DNA of 64,000 bases from Lama guanicoe (Eukaryota). Positions 26,050-38,925 of this stretch are shown here, in pieces (the first letter of the stretch is position 1; every line of letters starts with the position of its first letter). A program made the position numbers and the translations under genes. The notes beneath the pieces are model-generated. The model saw nothing but the letters and a program-made list of their open reading frames with translations, was not told the origin of the DNA and ran no database searches. The stretch covers positions 9,509,957 through 9,573,956 of the forward strand of contig MU053881.1 of assembly GCA_013239625.1 (NCBI GenBank). Direction: 5' to 3'.

Positions 26050-26760
26050 AAGTTATTCTAATGCACAGCTCAGTAAAGTAGAATAACAAAATGGTAGGAA
26101 AAGTTCAGCGAGTTTGGGAGAGAGTTGGGTAGCCCTACCTGGCTGGTGGTTCAAGGGAGACTTCAGAAAAGCTAAAAGGCTGTGTTTAGACACAAAGAAA
26201 GTACTGGGTAAACAGAAAGGCCAGGGGGCGAGGGTGAGGGGTGAGAAGTTGGGTGGGGAGGTGTCTCGGGGGAAAAACAGGCATCTTGAGAAATAACCAG
26301 GTTTAGCTAGGATGTCAAGTTCCTACAGAGGATATTCTAGAAGATCAGCTTGGAAAAACAGGAGGAAGACTCACAGAGGGCCTGTCACCCAAGATTTACT
26401 ATTTAATTGAATGAGGTTTTCAGAATGTTTAGAGAGATTTGCCAAACCTTCAGAAAGCAATCTGGTAAGTTTGTATATGGGTTTCGAATTGGGGATGACC
26501 TCAAACAGGGAAGCCAAAGCTTTGGGATAGTTTAGGCTCCAAAAAACAAGGATCTTTTATCAGAATAATGACAGTCAGAATGAAAAAACAAACAAAAAAA
26601 CAAAAAAAACGACAAAGAGGAGAAACACCGAAGAAGTAGAAAATTCAAGACTTAGCGATTAATTAGATGTGGGGTAGGACAGAGGAAGAACAAATGAAAA
26701 AGCCACATTTCAAGTCCAGATGTCTCACACCGTGACAGAACATTAGATAGAAGAAAGCAA
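26050..26760 (-). mobile_element. Highly degenerate L2 body
   Basis: Purine-rich stretch with L2-like motifs ('tcaagggagacttcag', 'aattagatgtgggg'). Confidence 0.4.
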
Positions 26761-28439
26761 TCAGTGGTGGGGACGATATTAGCTTCTGGGTCACATCAGC
26801 TAGCTTGGCTCTTGTTAAATCCGTTACCTCATTTAAAACTTGAAATGCAAACGGTCCTACCATTGGCCATCTGAAAATAAAATGACTGATGGCGTCAACT
26901 TCTAAATAAGTATACCATCTGGGATGCTTAATTATGTTTCAGGGCATATTTAGAATCTAAGATAAAGGGGTTCTATTTCTCAAAAAAAAAAGTTAAAAAA
27001 AATTTTTCAAAGGCCAACAACCATCATGATACCATCCTCACACAAAGCAACAGGGCATCCATGATATAAACACTGGGCACACAATTAAAACGTTGTCACA
27101 TGGTAACTCTATTTACTAACCGTGGTTCTTCATTGTTTCATGAAACAAGGCCTGTATTGAGCAGGACTCATTATGTGCCAAAACAGCATTGTGGGAAGTG
27201 AGGCAGTAGGCAGAACCCCCAAAACAAATCCGCCCGATCAGAGGTGGCATTTGCTTCGTGTGACAGGGAAAATTAAAATCTTCATGCCTACATAAGTGTG
27301 TGAGAATAAGCCCGAGTTGAGGGTGGCCTTAATCTCAATCACTATTTATTTGTGGGTGTTTAGACATATCACACACAGGGTATGTTTTCCATTATTGTTG
27401 TTTTGAATGAAACACGCAGCATTTCATTGTGAGGAAACCAGGGAAATAATTTTCTCAGTTGCAGAACTCTGGTAACAAAGAAGAAAAAAAAAACCACTCC
27501 AAAACTCAGCTCACTTTATAGCTTGTATGCTTAGACCTGTCTTTACTTCCGGAGGGAGAAGGGGACAAAGAAAAGAAACCAAGAACAAACCGTTCCCTCA
27601 TGTTATTAATACCAGAATATTCCTGCCTTATTCATATGATTTTTTTATAAAAAATCACATATGGATCATTAAGAAAGATTAAGATATGTCTGAAAAGAAT
27701 TTCAGCAAAAAAGTGGTTAACATTCATCATAGCCTTTCAAAACAGAATTGAATTCTACTTTATCTGAAAACTTTCCAATGCAATATTACTTTTTCTTACA
27801 TATACAGCCTGCAACTTACCTAGGGCACTATTTATCATTTGGACAACTTAAGTACACACACACACACACACCAAAAAAAAAATCACCCTGAGACAAGTGA
27901 GAAATTCTCTCTTGGGAAACTCAAAACTGTATTAAAATGATAAGTAGCAAGTCTTCACTCTTCCTTCATTAACTTAGGAAGACAGGTGTGATGTACACAA
28001 ACCAAAAAAAAAAAAAAATCAAGGTTCTAACATGCTCCTGGTCATAATAATCATCTTTGCCTCCTCCATTCCACAAAGTTTGTTCATTTGAACAAAGACA
28101 TTATAAGCTGTGATGGAAAAACCAGTACCCAGAGGAGCCGTCCAATTATCCACACAGGTAGCCTAGCCCATCTGGGGCCCCCAACAGGTATGGGTCAGGA
28201 TTTAAGGATTCGAAATAATTATTGCTAAGGAAGTGCCTGAATGAATAATTTCTCTTTGGTATTCTGCTCACCTGCCATAGTAAAGCAGCGAGAAAGGAAG
28301 CAGACCTTTAGGATTGTAGAAGGTATCGATAATAATGGTGAGTAATAAAATTCAAGTTTGTCAATTGTTTCATGTACGTGGTACACAGATTCTCAAAGAG
28401 CACTTTGTAAGGTAAAGTCCAGCACTCCTACTTTACAGG

Positions 28440-28560
28440 TACTGCTGTCAAAACACCGTTAGGTGTCACCTGCTATAAATCTTCACACTTCAGAATTCTG
28501 GGCCCCACCTTACAGACAATGAGCCAGAAGGGAATCTGTTTCCATAGTTAACATGTGTAT
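28440..28560. mobile_element. MER5-like hAT-Charlie fragment
   Basis: 'tcacctg...agaattctgggccccacc...gaatctg'. Confidence 0.5.
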
Positions 28561-28754
28561 TTTAGGTACATTCTGTGTACAGAGATTGGGGCAAGGGATG
28601 TGGTCAAGGAGCAGCAGCACATCGTATCTTTAGACTCTGCTCTAGATTTTGGTCAAATCCAAGAATGAATTCAGATTTCTTTTTGAGAGAGAAAATCACG
28701 CAGTAAAGAAAGAGAAACTTTGCTAAGGATTTCTCATAAAAAAGATCAAAAATG

Positions 28755-29120
28755 ACAATTAAGACCTGGAGGAACCGATGGAGTGAGCCCAGCGGCTACC
28801 AGGGAGAGTGAGTTTACAGTTAACAGTGAAGAGCAAGTTCGAAAGCAGAGGCCTGTTTGGAATTTTCAAGGCAGGGAAGGAAGCGGGTGTGGCTGGAACA
28901 GAGTCAAAGAGACAACAGCCCTCCGTATTTAGGTGGCATTAGAGACGTGGGCCAGGATGGGATCCCCTAGAGAGCAAATTCCTCACAGAGAAGACAGGGA
29001 GGCTCAGGAGAGAGCTGTGGAGGGGAAGAGGGTGGGCTGGCAAACAATGAAAGATGCTGAGAAGGAAAAACCGGGATCAAATGAGAATGAGGAAAATATG
29101 GCATCCAACAAATCAAATGA
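28755..29120 (-). mobile_element. Degenerate L2 fragment(s)
   Basis: 'aagacctggagga...ggagtgagcc...gtgtggctggaacagag' are typical reverse L2 motifs. Confidence 0.55.
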
Positions 29121-30000
29121 AATAAATACTGTGTATCACATTATTGCATAGCATTATCCCAGAAGGTGGATACATTCACTGTGTCCTGAACAACTTTTCT
29201 TCTTATAAGAAACTGCACGCACGCACACACCCTCTGCCCCTATACCTGGCTAGCATTTGTGCAGTAGGTGGACATCCCAAATTTGAGATTTACACCAAAT
29301 CCTATTTTAAGAGTGATCTGCACACCCATGAGGCTTTCCCAGGCTGGAAAATAGTAGTAACAACTTGTTTGTACATTTTTCTCCCAAGAAGGAATTGAAA
29401 AGGATCATATTTGTGAATCTTCCTACAAGGACTTCCACGGTGTGTTTAGCCCTTCGTAGAAATAGCACAGGCTCGAGGAAGAGGAAATCAGATTCCATGT
29501 AAATACTCCCATCAATATAGGTAATTGTTTGACGTGAGCAAGAGCGTGTGAGTCCTTCAGATGGTGGCACGCACCCTGCAGGAGGCACGGGACTGACCAC
29601 ACCTGAGGAGTGTGGGTCCCCGGTGTCCTGCTGCGGGTCCACACGCTTTCCATGGTGACAGACGTCCTTCTGCTAGGAGTTGTGCTGAGCGTCAGATACA
29701 CAGAAATCACGCAGGCAAGCCTCCTCCTACACAGAGAGCTCGCTCCTACAGAATCACAACCCCACGAAATGACACATGAAGCCACAAACGATTGTCCTAT
29801 CAACTTGAACCCCACTTAAAGCCCATTTACCTTTTATTCCATGGCACCAAGAAGGAGGGCCAAAGAGGGGCGTGGGATTTAATGGGACTTTATTTTTGGA
29901 AAGATCGTTTTTACTGTGATACACGGTATCGTTTCCTCCAATGGCCATGTGGGTAGGGGCAAGCGAAATTCTCAATGAACATCACTGCTACTGTGAACAC

Positions 30001-30240
30001 TAATAGCAGATAACATTTATTAAGTGCTGGATATGGTCTGGGAGCTGCGCTGAGTGTGTTACATGCAGCTTCATTGATTCCTCTAAACAGCACCGCGAGG
30101 AGAGCACTGGTACCTTTTTTTACTGTACAGAGAAACAGAGGGTCAGGGAGATCCTGGCTTGCCCAGGGTAACAGACCACACGCAAATGGTAGACTAGGGA
30201 CCTGAGCACAGGAAGGCTGACCAACCCTCGGGTCTACAAA
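30001..30240 (-). mobile_element. Near full-length MIR
   Basis: 'taacatttattaagtgct...gagaaacagaggg...cttgcccagggtaaca'. Confidence 0.8.
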
Positions 30241-30331
30241 ATACGTCACTCATACTGGATCACATGTAATGGCTGCTTACCATGATGCGTGACCTTAACG
30301 TGGATTTTATTTCCATGTGTTCCTTTTCACA

Positions 30332-30475
30332 ACTACTATCATCCCATTTTACAGATGAGAAAAATCAAAGCATGAAGAGTTGAAGTAGACTGCCCTGGCT
30401 CACGCTGCCAAGGAGGGAAGAGACCCACAATTGATACCTAACTCTTGACCCCAAAGAAAGTGCTGTATCCCACTG
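30332..30475 (-). mobile_element. MIR fragment
   Basis: 'tatcatcccattttacagatgagaaaa' MIR core. Confidence 0.8.
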
Positions 30476-31425
30476 AACGGACACTTCTGTCCTAAAGTTT
30501 AATGTTATTATTGAACACAGGCATCATTTTCAAGAGTCTGCACACATGTATCACACACTTAACTATGGTCAAGTTCTTGTGCTAAATGCTATAACTGAAC
30601 GCAAAGAAGTGAGGTTCCTTCTCAGTCACCTGAAAAGAGAGGTGGGAAAACAAAGCACAAAGGTTCATGAAAGTTTTCAGGTTTGATTCCGTTAAATATA
30701 GGTGTTTTTTTTTTTTAAGAAGGTATTCACAACATGTCTGAAGTAAGCATGTGATTATTTGAACAGAGATGAAAATTCATAGGATGGAGAGATCCCCGGG
30801 GACCTGTCATCTGGTAAGTTTCAGCAATAAAAATTTGATCAGTCTTAAAGAAAAGAGGTGGACTTTCAAAACAAACAAACAAACAAAAAAACCCAAAAAC
30901 AGACGTGTGGACAATTTCAGCAAAGAGGGCTGACAAATACAGAGGATGCTTAGTGCAAATGGAGAGGAGTCCAAATGCCAGGCTGGATTTGGATTGTATT
31001 CTGTAAACAAAGAGACATCTCACCTCAGGCTTGACATGATACAAAACACTGCTTGAAGGCAATAATTCTTCTGTTCTAGGTAAGCATAAACAATTCAAAC
31101 TTTTATGCAGAAAGTAAATAAAGCTACAGCGAACGTGAGGGTTGATGTGAGATTGTTCAGAACACCTAGACTGCCTCCACCGTTGGTATGTTTACGCTCA
31201 CGCTGAAAACAGGCAGATTGATTTTCCCCATTAGGGCTGCTTCAGTCTGGTCTGATGAGTAAATACGCAAAGCAGCCACATGCTTAGCTGCCCTCCCTCT
31301 GCAATTACTACCCTTTTTTTTTTCTCCCTACTCTAAATTTGTGGGTCTAAATTTGTAATTCTTAACTTTTCTGAGTAGGCAGAACTGTCAGTCACTGGTA
31401 ATCCCCCTGCTCCTTCTAAGAGGGA

Positions 31426-32060
31426 CATTCATTCATCCATTCACTCGCTGTGTGTTTACCAAATACCTACAAAGTGCCAGGCCAGGTGGTAGGCTTTGGA
31501 GATGCAAAAAAACCACACCATCTCTGTCTCCAAAGAGCTCACCGTGGGCCTGAGGGAGACAGAAGGGAGCAGTCAGGATATACTGGCGAAAGCTCTGTAA
31601 TGGTCCTACGTTCAGGGTGTTATGTGATCCCATACTGGAAAGCCTTCATTCTGCCTGGTGCATCCTAGCACGCCTCCCAGAGAAAGGCTTTTTTTTTTTT
31701 TTTAATTGAGGTATAGTCAGTTACAGTGTGTCAATTTCTGGTGTACAGCATGATGTTTCAGTCATACATATACATACATATATTCATTTTCATTATAGGT
31801 TACTACAAGATATTGAATAGAGTTCAAGGCATTTTTAAACTGAAGTGTCAAGAATAAGTAGCTATTCTCCAGGAGGCTGAGGAGGGAGAAGATACTCCTA
31901 CTAGAGGCTAAAAAGTGTCTACATGCTTGGGAATCACAGTACCTGTCAGAAAGAGAGGTCCAGAGCTGAGTTTAGGACAGGGGAAGGATCAAGAAGGCCT
32001 GGACACTGCACAGTGTTTGAATTTGACTTGGTCATGGCATTTGTCATCCAGAAACAACCA
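31426..32060 (-). mobile_element. L2 3' region, interrupted by an L1 insertion
   Basis: 'cattcattcatccattcact...aaatacctacaaagtgccagg...ctccaaagagctcac'; L2-like sequence resumes after 31826. Confidence 0.75.
31689..31825 (-). mobile_element. Very short lineage-specific L1 3' end with TSD
   Basis: T15 then the reverse complement of the L1 3' UTR; flanks AAGGC-TTTTT and AAGGCATTTTT; right flank TTTT/AA is the L1 endonuclease consensus. Confidence 0.93.
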
Positions 32061-33156
32061 GAGACAGAGTGGATGAACAGGAACTGAATAAAAGTCATGT
32101 ACGTCTCCAAGTTATCATTTAAAAAGTCATCTAATTTTATCCTGTGAATTTCCCTCCAGTCCCAAATCACTGAAGATTCCATGGTTTGTTAGAATTTGCA
32201 AGTGGAACTTGCTGATCCCCCAAAAAACCAACAAAAAAACTAGCCCTTTGTATTTCCCCAGGTCTATGTCAATAACATCAGTGAAATAACTGCCGTGAAA
32301 CCTCCCCCTGGATGTTAACTCTGACAACTTACTGGCCAAGCATTTTGCTGAAACAATCATCCAGGTGGCCCCAGCTTGAAAGTGAAGGAATGATGTAGGA
32401 GGTTTGGTCTTCTCATGTATGGGAATTTGAAACCAAACCGGTGACCTGGCTTTAGTTGATCTAGACCCTGGACAGCATCTTAAACACATGTCTATACTGA
32501 TTTGAGGCACTGAGACAAGCTGGGTTTGGGGTGGCTGAGAAACCATCCACTCCCTGACTCCCAACCCCTGTGCCCTGTGCCTCTGAAAGAATGTGAAATT
32601 GTCAGAGAAAAATGTTATAGTATTACTGAGAACAAGCAATCTGGGTATTTCATGATCAGTAATAAGAAGGTTAACCACAACAACAAAAAAATTATGGACA
32701 CCAGCTATGAATGCCTCCTCTCTGCTGCTTTAATGTGTTATTTGAAGCATCCTCGATTTCGGTAGAAGTTTGTGTGAAGGTGTGATTTAAATAACTTTTC
32801 TTACAGGGGACTCAAATTAACCAGATAAATATTTGTAAATTAAAACAGTGGAAATAATAGTAAACCCCCCTTCCACATAGACACTTTACAGTTTAAAGAA
32901 CACAAGCACAGACGTAATTGTGTCCGAAGCTCTTAACAGTATTACTTGGCAGAAAGGACAAAGGTTTCCATGTCCAGCCTACCTGGACAGACACAGATAA
33001 ATGACAGAATTGTCCGAAAGCACAGGTTATAAAACTGGCACAGGTGAAATAAATATCAAAGACCAGGAAATCAAATACCTGGGCATTTTCCTGTCAGTTT
33101 CATTCTGAAGCGTGAAAAAGATGGAGCATCTGATTCATTCTCTTCTACCTGAAAGG

Positions 33157-33220
33157 GTGTGTATGTGTGTGTGTGTGTGTGTATTCAGTTTGCGCATCTA
33201 CACGGGTGTATGTGTGTGTA
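33157..33220. repeat. Imperfect (TG)n microsatellite; short (AAT)n nearby at 33278-33296
   Basis: Direct reading. Confidence 0.85.
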
Positions 33221-33395
33221 GAACAATGCTTTGTAAATATGACCCTTACCTGTGGGCATGAAATTAAAAATTGATGATTAATAATAATAATAATAACAAC
33301 AGTAACAGTACATGATACCTGAATGACCACTTACAAAATGTTTCTTCATTCACTACCAAATTTGAACTTCATTTTCATATCATGAAACAGAAAAG

Positions 33396-33512
33396 CATTA
33401 TGATACTCATTTTACAGATGACAAAGTGAGGTTCAGAAATCTTATTTAGGATTTTGCAGGAAGCAAGAGGCAGGGAGAGTAGGGAAATTCTGAGGGCTGA
33501 ATTTGGAGCCCA
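33396..33512 (-). mobile_element. MIR fragment
   Basis: 'ctcattttacagatgacaaagtgaggttcaga'. Confidence 0.75.
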
Positions 33513-33959
33513 ATGCCAGTGCCCCCATATCAAGAAATTTCCAAATTCTCCCAAATTGTTAAGAATTAATCCCTCTTTTAAAAAGTACTGATACATGTCT
33601 GGATGGACAACCATGCTCTATGTTTTATTACCATATGATTATTGGCACACCTTACTTGTCTTATTTGCTTCAATGACTCCACAGTAGAGAAACCACTGCT
33701 CAGTGTAAGGCTTTCATGGATTGTGTTCACCAAACCTATCTTTAATTGACTTTAATTTGTCATCTAGGTCTTGTGGAAGGGACATTTAATGCTTGTTAGT
33801 ATCTGTGTCTTGTCTTCTTTGTGGTCACTCAGCCAGACAGCATGCTCAGCCTTCCTTGAAGTTCATGCCAAAGATCCAGCCAGTGGAGCCCAAGTAGAAA
33901 TGAGGCCCCCAATTCCAAGCTGAAACAATTGAGGAAATTCTCCCATTTATAATCCTTAC

Positions 33960-34220
33960 TCTTTTTTTCCTCAGTTACTCACCGAATAGAGAAGACCCCC
34001 AAGTACCTAGAGAGGGTTGGAGCCACAATACAAAAGGGGCCTGGGTCCTTGAATGCTGTGATGGGCAGAACCCATTCCCCCTGAATCCTTTCTTTACCCC
34101 TTACTCCCACCAGCCCACAAAAGGCTGTGTGATGTAAGCAAGAAATAAGCCCTTACGATGTTAAGCCACCGACATTTAGAGGTTATTTATTACAGCTGTT
34201 AGCCTACCCAGACTAATACG
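33960..34220 (+). mobile_element. Old MaLR LTR 3' part (MLT1J/K-like)
   Basis: 'ggagccacaa...gcctgggtccttgaatg...agaaataagc...gttaagccac...gactaatac'. Confidence 0.75.
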
Positions 34221-35039
34221 ACTCTCCATTATAAGACGTTAATATCCAAAAAGAACTAATATTCAAAAGACTCCAAAAGAGCACACATTGTAAAGAGATT
34301 TTAATAAGCTATTCCATATTGCTGATTCTGAGAATACACTTTTAGGGGGAAAGACCCACAAGGCTTCTCTTTCAAATAAATACATAATCGTGATTTTTGT
34401 GATCTAATTTTCCTATCATAGAAATTTTTAGGTCATGATGGATAAATTCTATGAAGTGCAGATTGTAATGTAAGACTGATATCAGATATTCAGCACATAC
34501 TAATAAGAAAAGCAAATCTAATTTAAGTCAACCCTGCTGAGTCATTGGAGATATCTATCTATCCAAAATGAACATTATCCATTAGCATCAAAATAACAGA
34601 GCCCCCTCCCCCCTCGAAATGCAGAGGGGTCTAGTTCTATTCATGACTTTTATCAGCATGACATGGGGCTAATATTCATTTATCAAACAGTAAGAGTATT
34701 GTTTTGCACTCAAATAATTATCAGTTAATGAAGCTTTAAAAAAGACTCTCTCACATCTAGATTGAATTATTCTTTCTATGCTGCTTACCCTCATATTCCT
34801 AAATACTTAAAATGTTCCCATAGTAAATGAGGTCAGCTTATGTAAGCTCAAAAGCAATAGGGTATTTTAGCCTCGGAGCATAACAGCAAGAATATTAGAG
34901 TGCATTCACTCAATTCAAAACTTGAGTCTAATATTCCATACTTGGCTACATGCCTTTTATAGTTACATCTCTAGTGAAGATACATCACAGAAATACAGAT
35001 GATCTCTCAGGTCCTTTTATAATAAAATGTGACGTCTCA

Positions 35040-35112
35040 ACAATTCCATTTGATGGAAGAGAAAAACTCAGGGTCTGAGTGCTGAAGTGTCTTACCCAAA
35101 GCCACCCAGGAA
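35040..35112 (-). mobile_element. MIR fragment
   Basis: 'gaaaaactcaggg...gaagtgtcttacccaaagccaccca'. Confidence 0.55.
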
Positions 35113-36026
35113 TCCACTCCTGGATGGAGGAAGACATCTTCTGAATCTCTTTTGGGTGAATGCTGGTCCCTCTGCCTTTTTTATTCCCATCCTGCCCCTT
35201 TCATTACTGAGATGAGAGAGGTCCCTTATTTTAAGCTGGAAACTTGCCGTGCTAGGACACACAGGTCTCTGATTTGGGGAGAGGGCTTACTTTTTCTAGT
35301 ACTGTGGATGTCACCATGCTTGCACCCTAAAACAAAGGACACTGGACACACAATTACAGGGAACCCCTGAAAGTTCTCAGTAGGCGGAAGGCTCAAGGAG
35401 GAAGACCATAACTGAGCATCGTTGTCACAGAGGGTGTGGATACTCCTCCTTCGTCTCAGCTTTCTTTCCCTTTAGGTCTCCAGAGGCCTTGGCTCTGGGG
35501 GCTGTGTCTATCGAAACCTTCAAAACATTTTTGTTTTCTCTTATTATAGAGATACAGTAAAATACTCCAGAGACAAGTGACTTCCTGGGAAGCCACAGTG
35601 GCTGGAATGAATAAAAGAGCCGAATCTTCCCTGTGATGTTGCAGTCAGGAACACCATCAGTAGCATTCCCTGTGGTTATCTTAATCAGAAATCCCCACGG
35701 AAAAGCCGATTTCAATAACTTTCCAAGTTGTTGCTGAAAGTGTTAACACCTAGTACAGTGGCACATAGCAGATGGAATAGAGAAGTCCGGAAAACTCACA
35801 AATGAATATTCTTTTATTCCTCTATTATGATGATTCTCAAGTTTTCTAGTTCCAGAATCTTTTTTAAGTCATACACATTTCCAATAAGATTTCATTGTAT
35901 CTTAGAAATATATATATTCATATTTAGAAAGGCAACCAGAAATTCAAGAGGCTTTTCATTTGGTGGGCCCACTGATGAAAGGGCTACCCCCTTTTTTTTT
36001 CCAAATCAAATGTGGGCATCTTTTTT

Positions 36027-36142
36027 GTGGGGAGGGTATAGCTCAAGTGGTAGAGCACATACGTAGCATGCCCAAGGTCCAGGATTCAATGCCATGTACC
36101 TCTTCCAAGAATATATAAATAAACCTAATTAACCTCCCTCCA
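36027..36142 (+). mobile_element. tRNA-derived camelid SINE (Vic-1-like)
   Basis: 'ggggagggtatagctcaagtggtagagc' (A box), degenerate B box 'ggattcaatgcc', tail 'aaataaacctaattaacctccc'; TSD AAATGTGGGCATCT at 36008-36021 and 36143-36156. Confidence 0.92.
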
Positions 36143-36997
36143 AAATGTGGGCATCTCTTTTCTTGAAACTCCCCTCAAATATGTGTTCCATGACAAGACA
36201 ATGGATTCCTATCATATCACACCTATTCAATTAACACACATTCAACCAGCATTAGACAACAAAGCTTCACTTTAGCTATTATTTTTAAAAATCCTATTTG
36301 TCAACAGACTAATACTACATAGGCAAAATACTGCTGAAACCTATTTCCTCCTCATCCAGTTCTACCTTTTTCTGAAATAAACTCTGCTTTCTTTATGGTG
36401 GAATTGTTCATGAGTGCCAGACTTCTGGAAATACACTTCTTTTTCTTTCAATTACCAAAAAAAAAAAATTACTTGCTTTGTGTTTTTAACTTGGGGTTCC
36501 CTACCCCAGTCCCAGGGAAATATTTGCCATAAAGAAGCAAATAGGCTTTGGAGAGGTACACAAGACTCTTTAAAATTCCAAATAGTGCTTTGGTTCATGC
36601 ACCGAGCTCTTGCAAGACTGACCATATGTGAAATTTGAATGTAGATTACAGTGTTTCAATTTAACAAGATTAAGGTGTGATTACATTGGCTATTTTGTAA
36701 TTTCATATTTTCTCCATTAAGGGAAGTCAGCATTTTAGATCACTCTCAGTCATTTTTAACAGCATGCTAAAGTGGGGGAAAAAAATGCTTACCACTTTAA
36801 GTTACCAGCCACTTCACTTTCTTTAGTTTATATTTTCTAATCAGTTATTTCTTAAAATACATGTCTCCCATATCTTCACCACATTACTCCAAATTACAAG
36901 TCATGTCACTTTCTTTCATTTCTATTTTCTAATCTTGTTCTCTTAAGCTCAAGTTCCCCAATATTCACAGTGATGAAGAGGATAGAAAGAATAAACC

Positions 36998-37051
36998 AAA
37001 TATATAGATAGACTACAGACAGATAGATAGATTGATAGATTTGCTGATAGA
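36998..37051. repeat. Degenerate (GATA)n
   Basis: Direct reading. Confidence 0.7.
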
Positions 37052-37419
37052 AATTTCTGTTTACTTACTGCCCAGGGAGAAGCAAGGCATACTAGAGCCA
37101 TTCCCATGCTGCCTTCTGCTAAATACTGGTGTCCCACAAGATATTAGTTTAATTGAAAGAAGTAAATCATGGCCAACACTACTGAGAAATGCCACATGCC
37201 CTATCAGTTTCTTGGAGAATCACAGTGTGTATTTGCCTATTAATGTCACATGTCCTATGGGAAGGAAATATGTTCAATTTCATTTAAATAACTGTCTAAT
37301 ATCCATAGTTTATTTGAACATAGATCCTTTTTGTGTGTGTGCTTAGAACCTCTATTAAGATTTATCAGGATACTACTGTTCAAGAAACACAGTTTAGGAA
37401 AACCAACTACAGTTGAAAA

Positions 37420-37512
37420 TACATGGGTTTTGGCGTGTGTTTTTAAATCTCTAGCTTTGATACTTACCAGCTGTGTGACTTTGGATGAGTTACTTAACCT
37501 CTCTGAACCTCC
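37420..37512 (+). mobile_element. MIR 5' half
   Basis: 'acttaccagctgtgtgactttggatgagttacttaacctctctgaacctc'. Confidence 0.88.
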
Positions 37513-37522
37513 TTTCAATTTT

Positions 37523-37970
37523 GCATTCCAACCAATATTTATTGCACATCTGTGGTGTTCCAGGTCCTGGGCCAACTCAGCACAGTAAACAAAACAGACA
37601 CACCCCACCATCAGGTAATTTAAACAAATACATGTATATTTAGAGTATTGATAAGTGGCAGAAAGGAAAAAAGAGTAAGTAGCAGAGATAATTACAGGGA
37701 AAAACTAATGTAGATGGAGAGCACAGGGAAGTTCTCTGAGGAAGTGACAATTACATCGAGGCCTGAACAAGATGTGAGACCCAGATAAGCAAAATGTGCC
37801 AATATAATGTTCCACAGAAGGAAAAAAAAATGAATAAAAAGGTCCCAGGACCAGTGTGGCATGCTGACTTTTCTTGAGAGAAAACTAAGTGCAAAGATAC
37901 TGGAGTAGTACTATCTAAGTTTTCTAAAAAATCATACAAGGAAACTAGGAGACCAGTTAGAAGGTTATTT
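37523..37970 (-). mobile_element. L2 3' region
   Basis: 'cattccaaccaatatttattgcacatct...gtaaacaaaacagac...agggaagttctctgaggaagtgaca...ggagaccagttagaagg'. Confidence 0.75.
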
Positions 37971-38544
37971 CTTGGTAAGAAAGAATTTCAGATTCCTCCC
38001 CTGCAAAACTAGGATGTTCACGCTTCACAAATACTGTTGTGGGAAGGAGTTGAAACCTGCACAAAAGCGTGGCACAGAAAAGGTGCCCAAAGAGCACTTC
38101 CAGCTCCCATTTCTCGCCTGAGACATGGCGCCCAACTCATTTAGAGACTTTCATCTGTCTGTCTGCACCGACCTCCTCCTTCCCAACCTTGTACATTCCA
38201 CCCAGCTTTCTGAATCATAACCTCTTGAGATTGTTGGTATTTCAAACGGGCCACACCGTGAGTAACTGCAGAGAGAAAGCCTTCCCAGTCTACCTGCCCT
38301 CTCCAGTGCCCAGTGGGAGAGAGCAACATGAACCCTTCCTTGTAATTCAGAATCCCATCCCTGGGCAGGGTGTCACTGGGGCAGCGTTTGTGTTCAGATG
38401 TGCTTGGCTGTTCAAGCAGAACTGCAAGGTAGGTGGTAGAAAGACTAGAAACTAACTGAATACTTTTTACAAAGCGTCTCCTGGAAAATTTCTATGCTAG
38501 CCATTTGGATACCTTTTATCAAGTCAAAATTACTACTTTAAAAA

Positions 38545-38925
38545 CAAAGAAATGACAGTCTCTTCAGATAAATTGCAAAGGCAGTGAAATGATGTGGGGG
38601 GAGAGGGGGCCGGAGGGGGACTGTAGATTAAAAGAGACTTAAAAATGGTGCCCAAACAGACAAATCAAGACCATGACATCTAGGAATACACCCCTGAGTG
38701 ATAAAGAAAAATAAGAAAGTGCTCATATAAAATTTCATTCGTGGTTACTTTTTCAGGGAGGACAGGATGTGAGCTGCACAGGATTTTTGGGTAGGAGCAG
38801 TGGGGGTGCTGACCAAATTCTTTTTCTTGACCTGAGTGGTACTTACAAGGATGCTGCCTTATAACAACTTACTAAGTTATATATTTATTTTATTCAGTTC
38901 TATATCTGTGTTTTATTTTAAAAGA
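38545..38925 (+). mobile_element. Ancient L1 (L1MC/L1MD-like) 3' UTR
   Basis: 'ctgtagattaaaagagacttaa', 'gtggttactttt', 'ttttcttgacctgagtggt'. Confidence 0.75.

Noticed and set aside
27812..27830. Minus-strand CTAG|GTAAGT as a recursive splice site
   Set aside because: No polypyrimidine tract and a competing AG just upstream
29307..29975. Cluster of overlapping ORFs in a GC-richer patch
   Set aside because: No recognisable protein; no convincing acceptor/donor pair
32127..32678. 183-aa minus-strand ORF
   Set aside because: Non-ATG start and no recognisable homology
36027..36105. tRNA-like sequence with A and B boxes
   Set aside because: Flanked by a TSD with a SINE tail and a degenerate B box; a SINE, not a tRNA gene
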